Source: Promethearchaeota archaeon
Lineage (GTDB): Archaea > Asgardarchaeota > Lokiarchaeia > Sigyniarchaeales > SOKP01
Reading direction: 5' to 3'
DNA length: 22,075 nucleotides
NCBI GenBank assembly: GCA_048938445.1
Contig: JBHLME010000074.1
Location: forward strand, 1 to 22,075
Part shown: one piece after another, positions 9,272-16,709 of the stretch
Layout: every line of letters starts with the position of its first letter
How positions within the stretch are numbered: position 1 is the first letter of the stretch
Made by a program: the position numbers and the translations under genes
The notes under the pieces: generated by a model
What the model saw: only the letters and a program-made list of their open reading frames with translations
What the model was told of the DNA's origin: nothing
Database searches by the model: none

Positions 9272-9937
9272 ATGGAAAAACAACGAAACAGGACAGTAAT
9301 GGAAAAAGTAGATTATGAAACAGTCATTTACTCGGAACTTCGTGATTATTTAAATAGTAATAAGATATTAAAACTTAATGAGGTTATTCCTTTTCTTACA
9401 GGACGAATAGCAAGATCTTCGCTAAATTTAAACAAGGTTGGAATAACCAAAATTCTTAAATCTTTCATTGACCGTAATATAATCGTAGAAGGATCAAAAC
9501 TGACAAGAGAAGATGTTCTTACAAATCCTAAAAGAAGGATAATATATGAGTTTATTAATCAAAATCCGGGAACATATTACTATCAAATTATTAAAGAATT
9601 AGAGATGGGAAGCCACTTGGTAATTTGGCATGTTGAAATTTTATTAGAATTTAATTTCATTAACATGATTGAAGAAGATAATCATGAATTATATTTTAAT
9701 CATAAGACAAAACCGGATATGGCAAAGTTAATTTATTACAGAACAAATGAAAAGAGCAAGAAAATTTTAGCTTACCTAAAGTCGAATAATACAGGAGTTA
9801 CCAAAACTGAAATATCCAAAAATCTTGACATGCACCCAACGACAGTAAAAAAATATATAGAGATACTAAAAAAGCATCAATTAATTCATTCTCTGAAAGA
9901 CAAGTATAAAACATTATATCTTTTAGACGAACTTTAA
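9272..9937 (+). CDS. Winged helix-turn-helix transcriptional regulator with tandem HTH domains (COG3398-like) and an N-terminal helical domain
   Basis: NPKRRIIYEFINQNPGTYYYQIIKELEM..HLVIWHVEIL and KILAYL...TKTEISKNLDMHPTTVKKYIEILKKHQLI are two ArsR-like wHTH units. Starts 2 nt after the upstream stop; alternative start at 9299. Confidence 0.85.
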   Translation: MEKQRNRTVMEKVDYETVIYSELRDYLNSNKILKLNEVIPFLTGRIARSSLNLNKVGITKILKSFIDRNIIVEGSKLTREDVLTNPKRRIIYEFINQNPGTYYYQIIKELEMGSHLVIWHVEILLEFNFINMIEEDNHELYFNHKTKPDMAKLIYYRTNEKSKKILAYLKSNNTGVTKTEISKNLDMHPTTVKKYIEILKKHQLIHSLKDKYKTLYLLDEL

Positions 9938-9999
9938 AAATAATTTTATAAATTTCTATTTTTTAAAAATGAAATTGTTAGAAATGAAAGTAAGACGAT

Positions 10000-10641
10000 C
10001 TATGCTTCAACCTTCTCATATTTATCTATATCATAAATTGGAACTTCACGTCGTTTCTTATCATCATAAAAAGGTAAACCCGATTTTTTTAAAAATTCGA
10101 TTGCTTTATATTTCGTGACTACTATTTGGCTACCACACGAAATTTTCATACTTGCAACTCTTAACCTCTCTCTTACTAATGAGACATCTTTTAACTTGCA
10201 TCCCACGTCCAAGATAACTGCACCAGCTTTTACGCGAGCGCATACTCCTGTTGAGCGTCCAAAAGAGTTCCGCATACCACTTTGTACTCTGTCGGCTCCA
10301 GCAAATGCAAGCATTCTATTTTCTCTGTACTTTTGAAAAGGTTTTGACCTCATTCTTAGACGGAAATTATTTCTTCCTAATGTTTTTTGTAATGGAGTAT
10401 TAATTGCGATACGTATTGCCTCTAAAGCATTTGATGATATTTGAATTTGATTATTAACCTTAAGACCCAAGACAATCTCCCATTCTTCAAAAGGAATGTC
10501 TTTATTACCTCCCCAGAATCGAACTATCTTACTTTGAGCGCCTCCCCGAGCATATTCTCTTCTATGATTAGCACTTCGTTTATGTTGGTAAGGCCGCCTA
10601 TTCCATTTCGCATAACATTGCCATGGTCTTTTATGTGCCAT
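10000..10641 (-). CDS. rpl10e: 50S ribosomal protein uL16 (L10e)
   Basis: MAHKRPWQCY, QISSNALEAIRI, RENRMLAFAGADRVQSGMRNSFG and ARVKAG are diagnostic L10e motifs. SD-like GTAGGTAG upstream. Confidence 0.96.
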   Translation of the reverse strand: MAHKRPWQCYAKWNRRPYQHKRSANHRREYARGGAQSKIVRFWGGNKDIPFEEWEIVLGLKVNNQIQISSNALEAIRIAINTPLQKTLGRNNFRLRMRSKPFQKYRENRMLAFAGADRVQSGMRNSFGRSTGVCARVKAGAVILDVGCKLKDVSLVRERLRVASMKISCGSQIVVTKYKAIEFLKKSGLPFYDDKKRREVPIYDIDKYEKVEA

Positions 10642-10795
10642 AATCTTTCTACCTACTCTATGGTTTAAATTACTTTTTATAAGAAATAAAAATATAAGAG
10701 ATTATATATTTAGATTTTATGTAGTATGATTAAAAAATTTTATTAAATCCCTTTCTAAAACCAAACCCTTGAAGAATAATATAATTTAATAAATC

Positions 10796-11932
10796 ATGAT
10801 CGACACCCTAACGGCATTAAAGAAGAAAACTGAATTATTATGTAAAGGATTATATTTAGATAAAAATTTTCTGAAACATTATAAATCCCAAGGAATAGAA
10901 ATAGATTTTGGGCGAAAAGGAGGAGCAGGTCCATCAGGAGGTAGATATTTCCTATTAGAGGATCAAAAAACCTTAGTAAATGTAGCATTATGGAACGATT
11001 CATCAATTTCAAGTTTATCATTAAAGGAAACAGAAAATGGATTTTTTAAGATCTATGATGATCGCACGAAAGGAGAATTCGGTAAAGTAAAACTGATTCA
11101 AAATCCTAAATATTATGATAAGAATTTTCTAACCTCTGACGGAATTCAAATGAAAAAAATTGCTCTCGTTCACGGAGTCAATTGTTTAGCAACAACCATT
11201 TATCAACAATGCACTCATTGGGCTTGCGGAGAACCATGTAAATTTTGTGGAATACAAGTTACTTTAGAATCTGGATCAACAATTATAGAAAAAAATGCAC
11301 AACAAATTTGTGAAGTTATCTCTGAAGCCAAAAAAGAAGGACGCTGTTCTCACATGACATTAACTACAGGAACTGCTGAAGGAGAAGATAAAGGTGCGAG
11401 GAAATATATTGACATATTAAAAGGGATTAAAATGAAATATCCTAAACTTCCATTACACATACAAATTGAACCAGTTAATCATGCTATTCTAGTAGAGTTA
11501 AAAGAGGCAGGAGCAGATACGATAGGAATACACATTGAAATTGTTGATGAGCTCTTAAGAAAAGTAATTACACCTGGTAAATCAAAAATACCCTACTCAA
11601 AATTTAAAGATAGTTGGAATGACGCTATAGATGTATTTGGAAATAACCAAGTGGAGACTTTCTTATTAACAGGATTTGGAGAATCTAGAATTGAATTTCT
11701 TAAGGATGTTGAAAATCTCATTACTATAGGTGTGATCCCATATATCTTACCAGTTAGATCAGTTCCAGGAAAAACTTTAATGCCAATAATGAACTACAAT
11801 GCTTTATTAGAAATTTATGAGAAGACAGCAAAATTAATGAAGCAACATGGTATGAATCCTTTAAAAAATAAAGCTGGATGCGTGAGATGTGGTGGATGCA
11901 GTGCCATTAATGAAGCTTATAAAGCGGTTTAA
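10796..11932 (+). CDS. Radical SAM protein, MSMEG_0568-like family
   Basis: RKGGAGPS, KKIALVHG..CLATTIYQQC...CKFCGI, HMTLTTGT, TPGK and C-terminal AGCVRCGGCS match the motifs I recall for this family. Confidence 0.82.
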   Translation: MIDTLTALKKKTELLCKGLYLDKNFLKHYKSQGIEIDFGRKGGAGPSGGRYFLLEDQKTLVNVALWNDSSISSLSLKETENGFFKIYDDRTKGEFGKVKLIQNPKYYDKNFLTSDGIQMKKIALVHGVNCLATTIYQQCTHWACGEPCKFCGIQVTLESGSTIIEKNAQQICEVISEAKKEGRCSHMTLTTGTAEGEDKGARKYIDILKGIKMKYPKLPLHIQIEPVNHAILVELKEAGADTIGIHIEIVDELLRKVITPGKSKIPYSKFKDSWNDAIDVFGNNQVETFLLTGFGESRIEFLKDVENLITIGVIPYILPVRSVPGKTLMPIMNYNALLEIYEKTAKLMKQHGMNPLKNKAGCVRCGGCSAINEAYKAV

Positions 11933-12005
11933 TTTTTACATGAGTAAATTATAATATGTCAATTTCTAACCAGATGCGTTTAAATATTTTTAATAAATTT
12001 ATAGT

Positions 12006-12110
12006 TTATTACAACCATTAGTAGATATTGCTGATTATATAACGAATGTAGAAATGATCAAGCATCCGTTTAAGAGTGGAATTGATGCTCGAAAAGGTAT
12101 TGAATATTAA
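12006..12110 (+). pseudogene. 3' remnant of a cob(I)alamin adenosyltransferase (BtuR/CobO/CobA type)
   Basis: Reads LLQPLVDIADYITNVEMIKHPFKSGIDARKGIEY*, matching the BtuR/CobO C-terminus (AD.VTEM..IKHPF..G..AR.GIE(Y/F)). In-frame TAA at 11994 and no start codon. Confidence 0.8.
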
Positions 12111-12119
12111 ATTTCAAAA

Positions 12120-12845
12120 TCATTCATATTGAAATTTTTCTATTTTTTGTAGAGGAAACTCAAATTCTATTACAATATAATTACTTTCATCATTTTTAGA
12201 TGTTTTATAATCTACTACATTGCATTTAATATCCATATTGAATATTTCGGATATCCTTGCTTCAAAAAATCCTGACAATAAATAATAATGATAGATATAT
12301 TCACCATTATCTTCCAGAAGTTTTGAATTCTTCATGTGGTATATGATACGGTTTTTCTCAGCCATAATTGAAATATCAAGGGGATCAATTCTATAGAAAA
12401 TATTATCAAAATATTTACGATATTCTTTTGTGAAAAATTTGATGAGATTCATTTTCTGGATATTTTCTTGATCTTTTATTTTTTCACCTATTTGCAACAC
12501 ATTTTGAATAAATGGATAATCAGCAATTCTCTTTCCAAGATTCTTGATAAAATCTTCTTTATTAGGTAGATCCCTTTTAAGAGCACCTACTAGAGATTTA
12601 TAAAATGCAATTACTAGTTCAAATGATAGAGATTTTCTTTCTTTCGCATAGTAGACGCTTGCCGTTCCAATATTTTCTTTAAAAACTTTGCCTTCCGCTT
12701 CTAATATCCCCAAATATTTGGAAACCGTATTTCGATTCCCATTAATCTTTTTTGCCAAGTCAATAATGGTTAATCCAAACAATTCACCTTGTAGGCAATT
12801 TAAAACCTTGTTTTTATATTTTTTGCTTTTTTCTTTTCTTTCCAT
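12120..12845 (-). CDS. HTH transcriptional regulator with a C-terminal V4R/H-NOX-like ligand-binding domain
   Basis: GLTIIDLAKKINGNRNTVSKYLGILEAEGKV is an HTH. The C-terminal part (LGKRIA...HYYLLSGFFEA...CNV) has a V4R-like pattern. ATG at 12845 preferred over the TTG at 12911, which adds a low-complexity poly-A-derived segment. Confidence 0.72.
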   Translation of the reverse strand: MERKEKSKKYKNKVLNCLQGELFGLTIIDLAKKINGNRNTVSKYLGILEAEGKVFKENIGTASVYYAKERKSLSFELVIAFYKSLVGALKRDLPNKEDFIKNLGKRIADYPFIQNVLQIGEKIKDQENIQKMNLIKFFTKEYRKYFDNIFYRIDPLDISIMAEKNRIIYHMKNSKLLEDNGEYIYHYYLLSGFFEARISEIFNMDIKCNVVDYKTSKNDESNYIVIEFEFPLQKIEKFQYE

Positions 12846-13057
12846 GGATTTTTCAATAATTTCAAGTATTATTATATGTAAGAATTCTTTTTTTTTTTTT
12901 AAATTTATCAATATTAATATTTTATCACTTAGTACTAGTTTATTAAAATTAATAAATGTAAAAATAACTCTTTATATTTTCATATTACATCATTTTTGTA
13001 CATTTTGGTAAAAATATAATCTTTAAATAGTATCTCTACAAATAGTTAAAATAAGTA

Positions 13058-13082
13058 TGCGAATTTGATATGCATCTTCGCA
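13058..13082. promoter_or_regulatory. Candidate operator palindrome TGCGAA-N13-TTCGCA
   Basis: GC-containing inverted repeat in an otherwise AT-rich divergent intergenic region, 36 nt upstream of the ATG at 13119. Confidence 0.3.
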
Positions 13083-13118
13083 AATATTTTCTAAAAATTA
13101 AATAAAGGGAGAATTAAA

Positions 13119-14321
13119 ATGTCAAAAAAAGTAGCTGCAGCTGCGATTATTTTGATTGCTTTTGGAGGAGTTTCTATTCCTGGTGGAATTGTTATAAATA
13201 ATTACATAAAAGATCTCACATATAGTTCAATAGATGAAGGACTTCTAGGCATCCGAACTGAAGGTATTCCAATGGTGGAACACATGGTTAATTGCACGTT
13301 TTTTGCAACATTTCTTAATCTTCTATATAATAATGATGATAATAACTTAAACTCGATTTTCAATGATTCTCTATTTGAAATAACTGCATTAGGCATTCAT
13401 GTTCGTAGTATTGCGAATTATACTGGTTTAGGAGACTTGAATTATTCCTATCTAGCCTGTAAACGCCTCCTTTTAGGAAATGAAACACCTAGCTTGGGTT
13501 ATATTCCAGGTTTGATAGAAGATATCGATACGGGTGAAGGGATAATTAACTTCTTAGAGGATTATAACGAGGCGCAAATTAACACAATAAAACGAAATGA
13601 AATGATTGATGATTATAAATGTAATTGGGATCATTTAACATACTTAGTTGATTATTACAATAGCTTTTTTGTTCCAGAAACAATACCCCAACTTCTACCA
13701 TTGGTGTCATCTCTTAAACCAGAATTAGCAGGATTAAATAATACTCTTGAAATAGCAGAATATTATCTATATGCTCAATGGGCATGGGGTAATTTAAAAC
13801 CTGAGGGATTTCCTTTACCATTAGGAGATATTGAAGTATATGGTTTCGAAGTAGGATATCAGGGTCCAGGAATTAACGTTACTTCCACAAACATGACAAG
13901 AGAAGCAATGTATCTCCTATGGAACACATCAAATCCCTTATCTTTGGTTATAAAAACGGGTGTAAATGCATGGTTAGGTGCGGTTAATGGTGATGCAGTT
14001 CTACAATCCCTCCTATTAACTGAAAATAATCTTACTTCTGAAAGCTTGGCCATGATATTAGAATGGATTCCAAAGTTTCAGCAAAATGTGATGCCTTTCC
14101 TTGCTCAATATCAAATGGGATTGCCAACTGATTCTATTACATTAGGAAATATAATTCAAGTTGCAGCTATAGGCCTTGGTGGAGTATGTATAGGATTAGG
14201 TGGAGTTGCAATAACAGGTAATGTGGTTGCTAAACGAAAAAAATTGGCAAAAAAGCAAATAGGCACATTAGATAAATCAAAGTCAGTAGAAAAAGGAGAT
14301 TCCGAACAAAAATATATATAA
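13119..14321 (+). CDS. Hypothetical membrane protein with N- and C-terminal TM helices and a large extracytoplasmic loop
   Basis: 400 aa. TM1 VAAAAIILIAFGGVSIPGGIVI, TM2 IIQVAAIGLGGVCIGLGGVAITG then KRKK. Several N-x-S/T sequons. GGGAG SD upstream. Confidence 0.85.
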   Translation: MSKKVAAAAIILIAFGGVSIPGGIVINNYIKDLTYSSIDEGLLGIRTEGIPMVEHMVNCTFFATFLNLLYNNDDNNLNSIFNDSLFEITALGIHVRSIANYTGLGDLNYSYLACKRLLLGNETPSLGYIPGLIEDIDTGEGIINFLEDYNEAQINTIKRNEMIDDYKCNWDHLTYLVDYYNSFFVPETIPQLLPLVSSLKPELAGLNNTLEIAEYYLYAQWAWGNLKPEGFPLPLGDIEVYGFEVGYQGPGINVTSTNMTREAMYLLWNTSNPLSLVIKTGVNAWLGAVNGDAVLQSLLLTENNLTSESLAMILEWIPKFQQNVMPFLAQYQMGLPTDSITLGNIIQVAAIGLGGVCIGLGGVAITGNVVAKRKKLAKKQIGTLDKSKSVEKGDSEQKYI

Positions 14322-14340
14322 TCATTTTAAATTATAAACC

Positions 14341-14360
14341 TTTTTTTTTTATTGTTTTTT
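14341..14360 (+). terminator. Putative archaeal oligo-T terminator
   Basis: T10-ATTG-T6 about 20 nt after the stop at 14321. Confidence 0.45.
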
Positions 14361-14430
14361 AATCTAAAGAACTATTTCCGAAAATTTTTAATATTATTTA
14401 GCCTTAGGATACTTAATACTGAATTAATTT

Positions 14431-14628
14431 ATTAACATTAAATAATATTAAGTTGGATGAAATGGTCGCTGGAATGACATTTAAAGCATTTAACAAAATT
14501 TCAAGCTTAGTATTATTGTTATCCGTACTTCTTTTAGTAGTACGTGTAGTAGTATTATTATAATAGACTACCAATAAATTCTTATCTCTGAGCTTTTATT
14601 GGTAGGATAGAAGATAATTAATGTTAAT
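14431..14628 (+). ncRNA. Candidate structured 5' leader / cis-regulatory RNA of the mutase operon
   Basis: Nested complementary segments read by eye: 14431-14440/14619-14628, 14441-14457/14500-14517, 14518-14523/14613-14618, 14524-14529/14539-14544 and 14568-14578/14595-14605. No known RNA family recognised. Confidence 0.35.
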
Positions 14629-14643
14629 CAAAAGATATAAGAG

Positions 14644-16287
14644 ATGGAACACATGACTGAAAGTCAAGAGAAAAAAACCTCTAAGACAAAAAGGGAAGAA
14701 AGGCAACCTAAATTCAAGAACTTGTCCGATATTGAAATTAAAAGACTTTATACCCCAGAAGATATTAATAATTTCAATTATACTCAAGATTTAGGAGAAC
14801 CAGGTAAATATCCCTTTACAAGAGGCGCCTATCCTTCTATGTATAGAGGTCAATTCTGGACCATGCGCCAATTTGCAGGTTTAGGTACTGCAGAGCAAAC
14901 TAACGAACGCTTTAAGTTCTTAATTGAACATGGTCAGACAGGTTTAAGTGTAGCTTTTAGCCTTCACACCATTTATGGATATGAAGCTATTGATCCGCAT
15001 TCATTAGGAGAAATCGGCAAGGAAGGTGTTGCTATTGATACTTTAAAAGATATGGAAATCTTATTTGATGGAATTGACCTTTCAAAAATCAGCACTAGCA
15101 TGACTATTAATGCTCCAGCAGCTATTTTACTTGCAATGTATATTGTTGTTGCTGAAAAACAAGGCCACACGCCCCCTCAATTAAGAGGGACTATTCAAAA
15201 TGATATTTTAAAAGAATATATAGCACAAAAATCATGGATATTCCCCCCAGATCCTTCAATACGTTTAATTATTGATACAATCGAATATTGTACTAAAAAT
15301 GTTCCCCAATGGTATACCATTAGCATAAGCGGATATCACATTCGCGAAGCAGGTTCAACTGCTGTTCAAGAATTAGCATTTACACTAGCAGATGGTTTTG
15401 CTTATGTTGAAGCAGCAATGGAGAGAGGAATTGATGTTGATGATTTTGCTCCTAGATTATCATTCTTTTTTAACTCGCATAATAATTTTTTTGAAGAAGT
15501 ATGTAAATACCGAGCAGCAAGAAGAATATGGGCAAAACGGATGAAAAATAAATATGGAGCAAAAAAACCAGAATCTATGAGGTTAAGATTTCATACTCAA
15601 ACTGCTGGAGTTTCATTGACTGCTCAAGAACCTGAAAATAATATTGTAAGAGTAACTTTACAAGCATTGTCTGCAGTATTAGGAGGCACTCAATCATTAC
15701 ATACAAATTCATTTGATGAAGCATTATGTCTTCCGACAGAAAATGCTGCTAAAATTGCTTTAAGAACTCAACAAATAATTGCTCACGAATCTGGGATAGC
15801 AGATACAGTCGATCCTTTAGCAGGTTCTTATTATGTTGAATGGCTTACTAATAAAATGGAAGAAGAAGCTGAACTTTATTTTGATAAAATTGAAGAATTA
15901 GGGGGTGTTATCCCTGCGATCAAGGCAAATTTCTTCCAGAAAGAAATCGCTAATGCTTCTTATAAATATCAACAAGAAATAGAAAATAATGAAAGAACAA
16001 TCGTTGCTGTTAACCAATATAAACAAAGAGATTCTTGTTCTACTGAAATTCTAAAAATAGATGATTCTATTGCTGAAGAACAAATAAAAAAGTTGAATGA
16101 TGTGAAAAATTCAAGAGATAATGAAAAAGTTGCAGATAAGTTAAAAGAACTTAAAAAAGCTGCTGAAAGAACCGAAAATTTGATGCCCTTCATTATGGAT
16201 GCTGTAAGAGAATATGCATCAATTGGAGAAATAATGAATGTTTTAAAGGAAGTATTTGGTGTGTATAAGGAAGATTCAATATTTTAA
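14644..16287 (+). CDS. icmA: B12-dependent acyl-CoA mutase large (substrate-binding) subunit, isobutyryl-CoA mutase type
   Basis: YPFTRG, WTMRQFAG, GTIQNDILKEYIAQK, ISISGYHIREAG and QSLHTNSFDEA motifs. F77/Q195 occupy the positions of MCM Y89/R207. The start may be 14653. Confidence 0.88.
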   Translation: MEHMTESQEKKTSKTKREERQPKFKNLSDIEIKRLYTPEDINNFNYTQDLGEPGKYPFTRGAYPSMYRGQFWTMRQFAGLGTAEQTNERFKFLIEHGQTGLSVAFSLHTIYGYEAIDPHSLGEIGKEGVAIDTLKDMEILFDGIDLSKISTSMTINAPAAILLAMYIVVAEKQGHTPPQLRGTIQNDILKEYIAQKSWIFPPDPSIRLIIDTIEYCTKNVPQWYTISISGYHIREAGSTAVQELAFTLADGFAYVEAAMERGIDVDDFAPRLSFFFNSHNNFFEEVCKYRAARRIWAKRMKNKYGAKKPESMRLRFHTQTAGVSLTAQEPENNIVRVTLQALSAVLGGTQSLHTNSFDEALCLPTENAAKIALRTQQIIAHESGIADTVDPLAGSYYVEWLTNKMEEEAELYFDKIEELGGVIPAIKANFFQKEIANASYKYQQEIENNERTIVAVNQYKQRDSCSTEILKIDDSIAEEQIKKLNDVKNSRDNEKVADKLKELKKAAERTENLMPFIMDAVREYASIGEIMNVLKEVFGVYKEDSIF

Positions 16288-16301
16288 ATAAGAGGAATAA
16301 C

Positions 16302-16703
16302 ATGACAGAACAAAAAATTATAAAAGTATTAGTATGTAAACCCGGATTAGATGGACATGATAGAGGTGCTAAAGTAATTGCTCGTGCTTTACGAGATGCT
16401 GGAATGGAAGTAATATATACGGGACTTCATCAAACGCCCGAGGATATTGTTAATACTATCATCCAAGAAGATCCAGATGCGGTAATGTTAAGTTTTTTAA
16501 GTGGAGCACACAATGCATTATGTCCTGTAATTATGGAAAAATTAAAAGAACATTGTATAGATGACGTTTTAATTGGAGTAGGTGGTATAATTCCGGAAGA
16601 AGATAAGATTCCATTAGAAAAACTCGGATTTTCTGGTTTTCATGGACCTGGTACTGAATTAAAAGAAATTGTTGAGTTTGTTAGAAATAATTTAAAGAGA
16701 TAA
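16302..16703 (+). CDS. Cobalamin-binding small subunit of the acyl-CoA mutase (IcmB/McmB-like)
   Basis: KPGLDGHDRGAK (DxHxxG), SFLSGAH and GGIIP motifs. GAGG SD upstream. Confidence 0.95.
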   Translation: MTEQKIIKVLVCKPGLDGHDRGAKVIARALRDAGMEVIYTGLHQTPEDIVNTIIQEDPDAVMLSFLSGAHNALCPVIMEKLKEHCIDDVLIGVGGIIPEEDKIPLEKLGFSGFHGPGTELKEIVEFVRNNLKR

Positions 16704-16709
16704 ATAGAA

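Noticed and set aside
12054-12093. Hairpin AGCATC/GATGCT preceded by ATGA (SECIS- or terminator-like)
   Set aside because: The register does not fit a SECIS quartet, and the sequence is better explained as the BtuR/CobO coding remnant.
12846-13011. N-terminal extension of the regulator from TTG 12911 and antisense ORF 12688-13011
   Set aside because: Both run through a poly-T/A tract and AT-rich promoter DNA, giving low-complexity translations.
14431-14628. Canonical cobalamin riboswitch, SRP/RNase P RNA, C/D box sRNA or SECIS
   Set aside because: No B12 box or GGGAA/GCCACUG motifs, no SRP or RNase P consensus, box C/D-like words are too far apart, the 3' GA of a SECIS core is missing, and no Sec-type in-frame TGA was seen nearby.
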